Source: Rebecca billardiae RCC1528 (taxonomy: Eukaryota; Protista; Haptophyta). Taken from it: DNA of 64,000 nt. The stretch lies in assembly GCA_965240325.2 (NCBI GenBank), contig OZ251235.1, positions 1,798,001 to 1,862,000 on the forward strand, read 5' to 3'. The position numbers and the translations under genes were made by a program. The notes below the pieces were generated by a model. It did not search any database. It saw nothing but the letters and a program-made list of their open reading frames with translations, and had not been told where the DNA came from. Below, in pieces: positions 9,380 to 20,090 of this stretch (the stretch's first letter is position 1; every line of letters begins with the position of its first letter).

Positions 9380-10624
9380 CTCGCGCGGCTCCCACGCGAT
9401 CGCGCGCGGCCGCGCGCGCAGCGCGCGGCGGCGGGGCGCGCGGCGGCGCGCACCACGTGGCGACACTTGCGGTGGCCGTGAGGGCCGTGGGCACGTGCGG
9501 TCCGGGAACCTGTGCAGTGCTTGCGGTTTTCCGGCGAGCACCGTTTTTTAATTGTTTTCCTCCTGGAAGTATAACCGTAAAGAAGAAATGGTCCGCGGCC
9601 GTCCGGCCGTGCTGCGCAAACGATGTCCTCGCCAGCAGCCCTCCGTCCACCGCAGTGCCGTGCGAGTGCCGTGACCATCCGCAAGGTTCCGGCAACTTCT
9701 AGATCTCTGGTACCGGCATACTGTAGGATTAGGAGAAAGTCGAGGTCGGGTGTGTGGCCCATATGCAAGTGACCAGCCGGCGTCCTCGTGTGGCGCCACC
9801 TGTGCAGCACGACCGTGTTGGGTGCGCATTCGATAGCTTCCCCTTGGCTGTGCCCGTGCTGGCTAAACCTAACTGACGCGCATGCATCAATGGGCTCTGA
9901 CATCTGCTGATAGGATACGCGGTAAACTATACTATAGTACGAAGATTACGAACTTGCCCTGGTGCCGGCCAGGCGCCGCACTGCGAGCGAGCCAACCGCG
10001 CCGTGCACTGGCCGGTTGGCCCACAGTGGCCATACGGCGAGACGTCACCAGGCACCTGACGCACGAGTCGCACGTTATCGTGGTGCGCTTCCTCCGCCTC
10101 CCTGCCGATTCAGACTTGATGCCCGGCGTCACACCTGACACCAGCTCACTGCCCCAACGCCCAGATGTGAGAGGTACTGGAGCCCGGGCTGCCGGCCGAA
10201 GCCCATCAAGCAGACACGCCTGCGGCTGCTGCAGCCGCAACGTGCTGGCGCTGAGACAGGGCCACGGGGGACCAAGACCACACCGTCCGCACCAAGCCAT
10301 CCACGATTGTGGTCATCCAGCCGCCCGAGGAGCCAGCCTCGCGCGAGCACGGGCGGACAGCTTCTGCCGCCCGACCACCAGAGCGCGGCACTTGGCAGCA
10401 CATGCCACACAACTGTGGAGCAGCTGCCAAGAGCAAAGCAAAGCGGAACGACGCAATCATGACGCCAGCGTCACAGCGGGCATCCACCCAACCCACACGG
10501 GAGGCCCGCAGCCGCCTGGCAGCCCAGACCGGCCTCACAGACAGAAGGTCAAACCTGAAACCACTGGCCGTCTCGTGCAGCATCCGCACCCTGCGAGCAC
10601 GGAGAATTCAGGGCGCAACGCAGG

Positions 10625-11376
10625 GCGGCGCGCGCGCGGCAAGCGAGCCGGGCCGTCACCGCCCGCCTCCACAAGCCGCCCCCGCGCGCGCGGCGCGCTC
10701 CATCCGCCCCAGTGGTAGCGCGCAGTCGCGCGCGCGGCACCCATTGGTCGAACGGACGCACTGCTCACGCCGTGGCGCGGCGCGACGGGCGCGGCGCGGC
10801 GAGGTCGCATTTGCTTTCTCCGGGGGCCTGAGCGTGCTGGCTGAGCCCCCCCACGCGCGGCGGACTCCGCGCGCGCCCCGCCTGGTGTGCGCGCGGCGCG
10901 CGGCCGCAGCGCGCTGCGGGCCTCCATGCCCATTTGCCCGTGGGCCGTTGACGGTGCGCATTTCGGTCTCGTCAGACAGAACCGTGCTCGGTCTCGTCAA
11001 TCGTCACCCGCGTCGTCGGCAGCCACCCCCCTTTTAGCGGTCCTCGAGGTTGATGGTCCTTTGCTCGAGGCCAACCATCGACGCTTGGACGCCTACGGCC
11101 GCGCCAAGCGACGGCGCCGAGCGGGCGCGCGCGCGCGGCACGAGAGGTAGACTCCCGCAGCGTGCCTCCACACCCCGCCCGCGCCAGCGCACCCGCCCCC
11201 TGCTCTCTTCCCGCTCCGCGGCGGCGTGCGGCACCTGAGCCGAACGGAACGCGTGCACTGCGCACACCGCAGCGCGGCGCGACGGGCGCGGCGCGGCGCG
11301 CTCGGAATTTTCCGGAAAATGGCTCCGAGCGTACGGGCCGACGCGCCCGCGCGCGGCGCGCTCCGCCCGCGCCCCG
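10625..11376. repeat. Diverged direct repeat, ~250 bp x 2 (about 10625-10882 and 11125-11376)
   Basis: Shared blocks GCCTCCACA, GCGGCACC, CGAACGGA, CACTGC, GCGCGGCGCGACGGGCGCGGCG, GAGCGT and CTCCGC.CGCGCCCCGCC occur in the same order, ~495 bp apart. Confidence 0.6.
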
Positions 11377-11574
11377 CCAAATGCGCGTGTTATCACGAGG
11401 CGCGGTCGCCACCCTTACGCGCGGCGGCGCGGCCGTCGCGAGGGGTCCCCGCACTTGGCGGCGACGAGAAGCGTCCGGACTCTCCTTGATGTTGCACAAA
11501 GCCGCGGGGGCGGCACGGTTAAATCCGGGCGTGCCCCCCCCGCGGAAAAAAACCCGACGACGGTTACTGCCATC

Positions 11575-14500
11575 ATGGCGTCGCCCGAGCCCGGCCCGGG
11601 CGGTGGCGCCTCCACCGGCGATGTGTACACGTGGGCGACCAAGGGCGTGGGCGAGCCCGTCCCGCAGCTGATCGAGGCGTGCCGTGGCAAGCAGGTCGCC
11701 GCGCTCGCCGGCGGCTACGGCCACGCCGCCGTCATCTTCCGCGGCGAGCCGCCCTACTGCGAGAGCCTGCCGCTCGACGCGCTCTCCGAGCTGGGCGAGC
11801 TGCGCCAGCTGGCGTTTGGCAAGGACCACGTCGTCGCGCTCACGCTGCAGGGCGACGTGTTCACGCTGGGCAAGGGCGGCTGGGGCCAGCTCGGCCACGG
11901 CAGCATGCGCGACTCGCTCGTGCCGCTGCACGTGCAAAAGCTCGACGGCCGGAACGTCGCGCAGGTGGCGTGCGGCGCGATGCACTCGGTCGCGCGCACG
12001 GCGGACGGCGGCGTGTACACGTGGGGCCGCGGCTTCGAGGGGCAGCTGGGCCACGGCGACGGCCTCCACGAGGCGCAGCTCGCGCCGCGCTACGTCGCCG
12101 CCCTGCACGGCGTGCGCATCCTGAGCGTGAGCGCGGGCGCGATGCACACGGCCGCGCTCACGGTCGACGGCGCCGTGTACTGCTGGGGCGAGGGGACGAG
12201 CGGGCAGCTGGGCGTGGGCAAGCTCACGACGAAGGCGTCGCGCCCCGTCCGCGTCAGCTCGCTCCCGCCCGTCGCCTCGCTCAGCTGCGGCCACATGCAC
12301 ACGGCCGCGGTCGACAGCGCGGGCGCGCTCCACTGCTGGGGGCTCGGCACACACGGCCAGCTGGGCTTCCGCCCGGACGTGCCGAACGCACGCTTCGCCA
12401 CGCAGCCCTTCCTCGTGGGCGGCGTGCTCGAAGGGACGCGCCTCGTCTCCGTCGAGTGCGCGGGCAACGCGACCAGCGCGCTCGACGACGACGGCCTCGT
12501 CTGGGTGCTCGGCAACGGGCGGAGCGAGCCGACGCCGCTGCCGGCGCTGCGGCGCGGCGGCCGCACGTCTGCGCTGCTGTCCAACGGTCTCTCGACGCTC
12601 GGCTTCGTCGAGACGTCGGTGTCGCACACGGTGCCGGCGTGCGCGGCGCTCGACGGCGGCACCGACCTCGCCGTCTACGGCCCCGGCTTCTTCGAGTCCG
12701 AAGTCGTCACCGTCCGCTTCGCGCTGCGCGGCGACGACGGCTCTGCGCCGCCTGCACCCGTCGACGTGGATGGCTACTATGACGTGACCTACTCGGAGCG
12801 TGCGGGCGCGGCGCAGTCAGGCGAGGAGGAGGAGGAGTCGGACGTGATCCGCGTGATCCGCGCGACGGTGCCGCCGCTGCCGCGCGAGGGCGAGACCGCC
12901 GTCTCCGTCTCCTTCGACGGCGGCGCCACCTTCGTCGAGTCGGCCGCCGCCTTCCATTCCGTGCGACAGCCTCGCTTCGGGCGCTGCGAACCGTCGCTGG
13001 TGCCGCTCGGCGGCGGCAAGAGCGGTGGCGTGCTGATGATCCCGGAGGAGGGCGAGCCGGCCGTGTACAGATCGGCCGAGGTCACCGCGAAGCTCGTCAC
13101 GCCGCTGCCCGCCCCCGCGCCCGCAGCGGACGCCGCCGCCGCGCCCGTCGCGGGCGGTGCTGACGTGCTATCCCTCGAGGAACCGACTCCGCCGGCGCAG
13201 CCGCCGACGGTGGAGACGCCGCTCAGCGTGAGCTTCGACGAGGAGGCCGGCACGTACTTCGTCGACCTGCGCACGCTCAGCGCGCCGACGCACGGCAAGC
13301 TCGCCATCGCCGTCGACGGGCAGATCTTCACCCCGCCCAGCGCGGAGATCGTCGTCTACTCGCCGCCGAGCGTGCTCGGCATGAAACCGGTTGCAGGTCC
13401 GCTCACCGGAGCGACCACCGTCACCCTTGAGCTGGACAGCTACGTCGACACCGACGGCGCGAGCGTGCAGCTCGTGCAGCTGCCCGGCGTGCAGGTGGGC
13501 TTCGGCGTGCGCCCGCCGGCGACGGCGCCCGCCGCGGCGCCCGCCGCGCCCGCCGCCGCGGAGGAGGGCGCGCCGGGCGCCGCCGCCGCGCCGGCGTCAG
13601 CGCCCGCGCCCGCGCCCGCGCCCGCAGCCGCGCCGGCACGGCCCGCGTCCGCCGCGCCGGGCGGCGCTGCCGACGGCTCGAGCGGCGAGCCGCCGCTCGC
13701 CGCGGCCCCCGCGCCCGCGGCCGAGCCGCTCACCGTCACGATCGGCGCGCGCGTCGTGCGCGGCGCCGAGGGCCGGCCCGGACTCGCCCTCTTCGACGTC
13801 CCTCCGGACTCTCTGGGCGAAACGCCCGCGGTGTTTGCTGTGCACCTCGCTCTGAACGGGGAGGACTACAACGACACGGGGCGCGTGTACTCGGCGCACG
13901 ACGAGCTGCGCGTGCGCGGCCTCTCGCCCGGCTTCGGCGAGCCCGCCGGCGGGACGGTGGTCAAGGTGCTGGGCGGCCCGTTCTGGGAGACATCGGGCAT
14001 CGCCGCCAAAGTGCACCACGGCGCGACGCAGCTGGTCGTGCCCGGCGCCTTCAACGCGGACGACGGCTCGATTGAGTTCGTCGCGCCGGCATGGGACGTG
14101 GACGCGGACGGTGCGCGCGCGGCGCGCGCCGTCGCGGTGTGTGTGCTGTGCGATGCATCGTGGGGACGGAGGCTCGCGCGCTGGCACACACGCCCTCGGC
14201 GCCGCGCTCCGCGCTCCGCTCCGCTCGACGGCGGCGCGCGCGCGGGCGGAGCGCTCGCCCTCCTGCCGTTGCGCCTAGGTTAGGGTTAGGGTTAGGGTTA
14301 GGGCGCGCGCGCGGGCGGAGCGCTCGCCCTCCTGCCGTTGCGCCTAGGTTAGGGTTAGGGTTAGGGTTAGGGCGCGCGCGCGGGCAGAGCGCTCGCCCTC
14401 CTGCCGTTGCGCTCACCACTGCCGCGCCCGTCCCGTCCGCACCCGCACCACCCACCGCCGGCGGCGGCGCCGCCCGCTTGGCGCGAACGCGCAGGCGACA

Positions 14501-15056
14501 GCCCGATCGTCGAGGTCTCTCTCAACGGGTACAACTGGACCAACTGGTGCATGCACTTTGAGTACGGCTCGTTCGTCTTTTCGGGGTTCGAGCCCGAGAA
14601 GGGACCGATAGGCGCGACCCTCAAGCTGCGCGGCGAGGGCCTGCGCGCGTCGGAGCACGTGGCCGTGCGCTTCAGCGTCTCGCGCGCCGAGACGGAGGAG
14701 GAGCTGGCACGCGCACGCGCGCGCGCCCGGCGTACTGCGCGCACGCGCCGCCGTGGTCCGAGGCCGTGGCGGGCGAGGCGGGGAGCGGCGATGTGCTCAC
14801 CAGCGTGTCCGCGCGCCCATGCGCGCGCGCGCCCACCCGCGGCACCCGCCCTCCCCTGGAGCAGACCGCGGTCGTGCCCGGCCGCTTCGACGAGGCCGAG
14901 GGCTGCGTGCTGTGCGAGGCGCCCCCGTTCGAGGGCGCGCAGGGGCCGCTGATGGCCAAGGTCGAGCTCGCGCTCAACGGCCAGCAGTTCGCCGCGCTGC
15001 CCGCCGGCGGCGCGGAGTTCAAGTACGAGCTCCCCAAGGGGAGCAAGAAGAAGTAG
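11575..15056 (+). CDS. RCC1-repeat plus IPT/TIG-domain protein; exons 11575-14110, 14495-14706, 14865-15056
   Basis: RCC1 repeats (VACGAMHS...GGVYTWGRGFEGQLGHG) and IPT motifs (P..GPLTGATTVTL, VSLNG, LALNGQQF). GT-AG intron 14111-14494 and GC-AG intron 14707-14864 keep the frame. Confidence 0.85.
14233..14412 (+). repeat. Intronic telomere-type repeats: two (TTAGGG)4 tracts between three copies of a ~42-bp host unit
   Basis: (TTAGGG)4 at 14280-14303 and 14349-14372, each preceded by CTAGG. The unit GGCGCGCGCGCGGGCRGAGCGCTCGCCCTCCTGCCGTTGCGC occurs 3 times with a 69-bp period. Confidence 0.95.
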
Positions 15057-16129
15057 ACGACAGGCTTCGTATAGTAGTGTCTAGCACATGACGATGGCGA
15101 CTACGTCACGACGCCGTGCGCGCGTACATTAACATACAGTTAGACGAGATCTGAGATGCCGCCGAGGCGTCGGTTGCTACTCGCAGGCTGCTCACGGCCT
15201 CGGGCCACGGGCAACCGTCCCGGGGGCAAGCGCCAGCACTCTAATGACAAATATGGCACTGACGAAATTATTATTGAATAATCGATGACGACGATGATGT
15301 ACGACTACAGCTTCGACCAGTACCACTACAGACGAATCAGGAGAGCTGCGCCCTCGTGCCTGTGTCTTTAAATATCATAGAATTAGTACACACTGCATGC
15401 GCGCTGAAGTTTAGTCGACGCGGCGCCCGCTCACAGTAGTCACAGTCACAGCGCAGGCAGGTGTTTGGCGCGGCTGCACTCCCGAGGTGGCTGGGATACA
15501 ACATCCAGGTGCAGCACCCTCCCCGTGTGGTGTCAGAGCGCGCTCTCGAGCGCGTGCCGCTCCGAGTCGCGGGCTCCGAGCGCGGGGCGGCCGCTTGACA
15601 CTGCCTGCTGGCTGCAATGGCCGCCTCGATGAGGTGCGGCAACGCGCCCCTCACCTGCCTGCGCCGGTCTGTTTTGTGGCGGTGTCTTTGTGCAGTGCTG
15701 TTGGATGGCGTCAATCACGCCTTAACCAAGTGTGCACGTTAAAACATATATAGTAAACTGATGCTGTTACAAGTCTGATTCTGAAGAGTGACGAAGACAT
15801 CAGCAGCGCGCAGATGACGACACATGCTACATCAGCATGCATCGCGGCAAGCGCGCGCTTCTCGGACTGGAGAGGAGGGCACTGGACGGCCGTCGACAGT
15901 TGCAGGGCTTACAGGCAACACGGCGTGAGCATCCTGCTCACACCTCACCCTGGCAGTCGACACCCTCGGTCGGAGCTTTGTGGTGTCCCCCGCCCGGGTG
16001 GCGCAGTGGTGCCCGCGCGGTGGGAAGGATGGATGGATCGGGTGGGAAGGGTCACATGGGACAGACAGAGAGTGAGAGACTCAGGTACGGTCGGGGCGGA
16101 AAGTGCAACGCTGCACATGCGCTGCTTGC

Positions 16130-17407
16130 TCAGAGGCATTTGTACAGCATGCTGAGGATCTCATCTGCCGTCATCTCCTCGAGCATGGCCGGATCCGCCT
16201 CCGACGCCTCTGCGGAAGCGCCCGCTGCGGCTGCTGGCGCGGGCACCACTTTCGACGAGGGCGCCGACATGCCGGCTGGCGACCGCAGCGGGCTCGGGTT
16301 GACGGCGCCGGTGTCCGCGCTGCCGCCCGACTCGTCGTCGGCATTGACACGCGTACCGGGGATGCACTTGGATGCCGGGCTTGCGAGCGGCGACTCCGGG
16401 TGCGGCTCGCGGTAGCGGTTGCACGCGCGCACGAGTGGCGACGAGCGCGTCGTCGTCGCGCGCGACGCAGCCGGCGAGTCCACGCCCGAGAGGTCCGCGT
16501 CGACGGAGGTGGTAGAGGTGTTGCCCTCGCGCTCCTCGTCGAGCAGGCTGGTGTCGTTGGGCGTGATCGGGACCCCGTCCCAAGACGTCGGCTCGTGCGA
16601 GGTGTGCTTGCAGTGCCGCTTGAGCGTCGCCTGCGAGCGCAGGTGCAGTCCGCACGAGCAGACAAACATCCGGCCGCACGCCTTGAGGTGCATTGTGAGG
16701 TCCTCGCGCACGGTGAAGGACTTCTTGTTGCACCGCGGGCACATGAACTGCTTCTCGCCCTGGTAGTGCCGCCGCAGGAAGTGCTTCTTCGCCTGGTACT
16801 TGGTCGCGAAGACGCGGGGGCACACGTGGCACTTGACAGGCTCGTCCCAGCGCGGCCGCGCCGACGGGTCGAGCGATGGCGACGCGGGCGAGCAGATGCC
16901 TCCGGTGGGCGCGCCGGACGCGTCGACGGTGAGGGGGCGCGCGGTCACACGGATCAGCGGGGACGACCCCGCCGGGTCCGCCCCCGATCCCCCCGCGACC
17001 ATCCTCGCCGCCGCCGACGGCGCGCCGAGCTGCGCCGCGCCCTCGAACGAGGCGGCTCCCGCGGGCTTGTGGCTGAGGAAGGCGGCGGGGAGGGGCTGGA
17101 AGAGCCCCTGCTGCTTGTTCGGCAGCGGTGATTGCGACTGCGCGAGCGCGGAGGCGAAGGGCAACGCCGCCGAGAGGTGCTGCAGGTGCGCCGCCGTGAG
17201 CGCGGCGGCCGCGGCCGACGCCAAGCCCATCTCGCCCTGCTGCTGCTTCTGCTGCAGCTCCTGGAGCTGCTGCTGCAGCAGCTGCTGCGCCTGCTCTTGT
17301 TGCTGCTGCTGGTGGAGTGCCAGCTGGATCCGATCCATCGCGAGTGCGTGCGCGAGCTGGTCGGCTGCACCCGTCGACGAGAGCGCCGGCTGCGTCGCGG
17401 GCCACAT
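16130..17407 (-). CDS. C2H2/C2HC zinc-finger transcription factor (STOP1/WIP/ATMIN-like array) with a Q-rich N-terminus
   Basis: CHVC...HFLRRH-YQGEKQF-CPRC...DL.MHLKACG..FVCSCG...LKRHCKH. Probable start MWPATQ at 17407. Confidence 0.85.
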   Translation of the reverse strand: MWPATQPALSSTGAADQLAHALAMDRIQLALHQQQQQEQAQQLLQQQLQELQQKQQQGEMGLASAAAAALTAAHLQHLSAALPFASALAQSQSPLPNKQQGLFQPLPAAFLSHKPAGAASFEGAAQLGAPSAAARMVAGGSGADPAGSSPLIRVTARPLTVDASGAPTGGICSPASPSLDPSARPRWDEPVKCHVCPRVFATKYQAKKHFLRRHYQGEKQFMCPRCNKKSFTVREDLTMHLKACGRMFVCSCGLHLRSQATLKRHCKHTSHEPTSWDGVPITPNDTSLLDEEREGNTSTTSVDADLSGVDSPAASRATTTRSSPLVRACNRYREPHPESPLASPASKCIPGTRVNADDESGGSADTGAVNPSPLRSPAGMSAPSSKVVPAPAAAAGASAEASEADPAMLEEMTADEILSMLYKCL

Positions 17408-18110
17408 GATCGTGCGCGGCTGATTGCGGACACCAGTTCGGGCAGGGTCTCTGGGACAGGCGGTTCGGCGGCGGCAGGTTGCGAAAAGGAAGGTTTGCAC
17501 CCCCGACCGAGCCCGATTCCTTCCGATTCCTTCGGCCAAACCAAACGTATCTCTTCGTGGAATTGTAAGTAGTGTATGAGTTTGCGCTTGTGTGTTTGAT
17601 GAAGAACTGTACGGTAATAAGTCACCTCCGCCTGTACTACCACATTTTAGCGGCATTTTATTTCGCCTTGTGGTTCTGCTCCATATTCTCATCGGGCGAC
17701 GAATACGGTCGTCTGTTTATACCTTGCCGATTTTATTGTTTGCCTGAGCGGACGGAGTCTTTGGACCGCTGCGCTCCGCCCTGGCTCCGCCTAACACCCG
17801 TCATCGAACCGACACATTTTCAAAGTGAATCTGAAAGTAGATTTTTTTACATGTACGACGACGAACCCCCATACAGATCACGGGCGCGAAAAAAATTAGC
17901 ACGAATCGCGATGAATCAGATCATCATCAGGCAATCACCGTGCGTCATTCCGCTCCTGCCGGTTTCTCTAGTCCGGCTCCGGGGAGCGGATTTCGTCATT
18001 CCCTTTGGGTTCCGGGGGCCGCCGGCGCCGGCATCGAATGAAACGACGGAGCGCCGCGCCCTCCAGGAGGCCCGTCCTTTTTCAGGACCAACGGCACCAA
18101 CGGCAGCGGC

Positions 18111-19205
18111 ATGCGCGCGGGAACGCTGGTGACCCTGCTCGTATGCGCGGCGGCGCGCTCGAAGGCGCATGCGCCCTCGTTCCGAACGGGTCATGGCGCT
18201 CCTCAGCTTCGGCTCGGCCGCGCCTCTGCTCCTCGCTTGACGGCGTGGACGGCAGAGATGACGTTGACCCCGCCCGCGCAGCGCCTGGGCGCGGGCGTGG
18301 CGTCGGCGCACGCTGACGACGGCACGCCGAGCGCCGCGCGAGCGCTGTTCCGCATGACGCGCCCACGCACCATGCCTCTCTCGGCCGCGCTGATCGCCAT
18401 CGGCGCGTACGGCGCGGAGCACTCCTTCGGCTTCCTGACCAACCCGGCGCTGCAGGGCCAGCTCGCGCTCGTCACTGTGCTCGTGATGGCGACGACCGCA
18501 ACGTCGATGATCGTGAACGACTACTACGACTACCACAGCGGCGCGGACACGCTAAAGGGCGACAAGCGCCCGCTGGTCCTGCAGCAGGTGACGCCGCCCA
18601 CCGTGAAGGCCGCCTGCAAGTGGCTGTACGCCGCGCACCTCGGCCTGCTGCTCTTCGTGCGCCACTCCTCGCTGCGCGCGTGCATCTACCTGAACACGCT
18701 GGCGACGTACCTGTACACGCGCCACTTCAAGCCGATCACGGGCGTGAAAAACCTGCTGTGCGCCGGCGTGATCGCGACGACGGTCGCACTCGGCGCGGCG
18801 GTGGTGAAGGGCACGATGGCGGGTGGGCTCATGGCTGTGTGGCCGCTGGTCGTGACGGTCGGCTGTGGAATCCTGCACCGCGAGATCGTGATGGACGTGG
18901 TCGACGTCGATGGCGACCGCGCCGCCGGGCTGCGCACGCTGCCCACCGTCTTCGGCCGGCGCGGAGCCGTTGGCATCGCCGTGCTGCCGCTGCTGCTAGC
19001 CATTGGCATACTCAACACAGCCGGTGCAGGCGCTGTGCGCTCGCCGCTCGTCAGCTCCGTCCCCATCGCAGCCATGTGCGCTCTCGCCGCCCGCGCGGCC
19101 AGCCACCTGGCCAATGCGCCCGAGCAGGCAGGCCGAAGCCTCGACCTGATTGTCGAGGCCTCGCCTGCTTTGCTCTTTGTCTCGCTGCTGCTCTCGCTGC
19201 AGTAG
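18111..19205 (+). CDS. UbiA-family prenyltransferase, probably plastid-targeted
   Basis: MTRP, NDYYD...AD...RPL and REIVMDVVDVDGDRAAGLRTLP motifs; several TM segments; signal peptide followed by an Arg/Ala/Pro-rich transit-like segment. Confidence 0.9.
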   Translation: MRAGTLVTLLVCAAARSKAHAPSFRTGHGAPQLRLGRASAPRLTAWTAEMTLTPPAQRLGAGVASAHADDGTPSAARALFRMTRPRTMPLSAALIAIGAYGAEHSFGFLTNPALQGQLALVTVLVMATTATSMIVNDYYDYHSGADTLKGDKRPLVLQQVTPPTVKAACKWLYAAHLGLLLFVRHSSLRACIYLNTLATYLYTRHFKPITGVKNLLCAGVIATTVALGAAVVKGTMAGGLMAVWPLVVTVGCGILHREIVMDVVDVDGDRAAGLRTLPTVFGRRGAVGIAVLPLLLAIGILNTAGAGAVRSPLVSSVPIAAMCALAARAASHLANAPEQAGRSLDLIVEASPALLFVSLLLSLQ

Positions 19206-20090
19206 ACTGGCGTACTGCAGCGCTCGCGGCAGGTGACGCCATTACTCCACTGGCTACCTTAGTACAGTACCTATAGTAAGTAAGCGGCTGCCAACCAACC
19301 AAGCCTTAGCCATCCTGACGATACGTGACCACGTCGTCCGGCATATTGAATATTACGCTACTGGCTGGAGAATTCTTCCGGGTCGGGCGCCCGGCCCCGA
19401 CGGGCCCGACCCGCGAATGCAGCTAGCGACCGAGCGACGCCAAGTCCCGGACGCAGTTTGCCAGCGCAGTTAGCTTAGGCTACGTTGTCAAGTACGACGA
19501 CCTGCTCACTACTCTCCGCCGGTCGTCGTCAACTCGTCATCAATGCCTCGGTGATGATAGAATAAACGCGCCCGAACGAAACTGGCGACGACGCCGCGGC
19601 CTCGGGCCTGGCCGCAGCGTCAGCGTGAGCAGTCGCGCGCCGACGATCGCGTCACTTGCCGCGCCATCATCATCCGAATAATACTATCATGGCCGCTAGA
19701 TTATATATGTAGCGCCTCAGCAGTAGGCCGGGGTCGGCACTCCGTACGTGCATCGAGTCGGACCTGGACCATCGGCATCACTGATGCCACTTACTTGAAG
19801 CTGCGCTAGTCGCGCGTAGCACCGCGAGAGGCCGCGCAGCGCCCGCAGCCTCAGCCTGCCTCCGCGGGCCGTGACCGTTATCATCATCGTCCGTCGTATA
19901 ATCAGCATGCTGGCCCGGATGACGATGATGATTCGTTATGATGCATGTACATACTGATCCGCGAGCTAACTCGCATCCGATCAGCGCATGACGATATGCT
20001 GATGATAGTGATGATGACGCGATCTGACGATATATGTCGCGGCGCGCTGCTGCGCGCTGGTGGTGTCAGTAATTTTCTTGCGGCGGGTCG

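Noticed and set aside
9863-9873. CTAAACCTAAC as a telomerase RNA template
   Set aside because: It is not an exact CTAACCCTAA template and has no supporting structure.
11474-11486. Minus-strand GGAGAGTCCGG resembling the RNase P/MRP P4 helix
   Set aside because: No convincing complementary CR-V element downstream.
14233-14412. CRISPR-like repeat-spacer array
   Set aside because: The spacers are identical telomeric tracts, the locus is a eukaryotic intron, and there are no cas genes.
19915-20030. TGATGA...CTGA motifs as additional C/D snoRNAs
   Set aside because: Low-complexity GAT/GAC-rich intergenic DNA with no terminal stem or rRNA guide.
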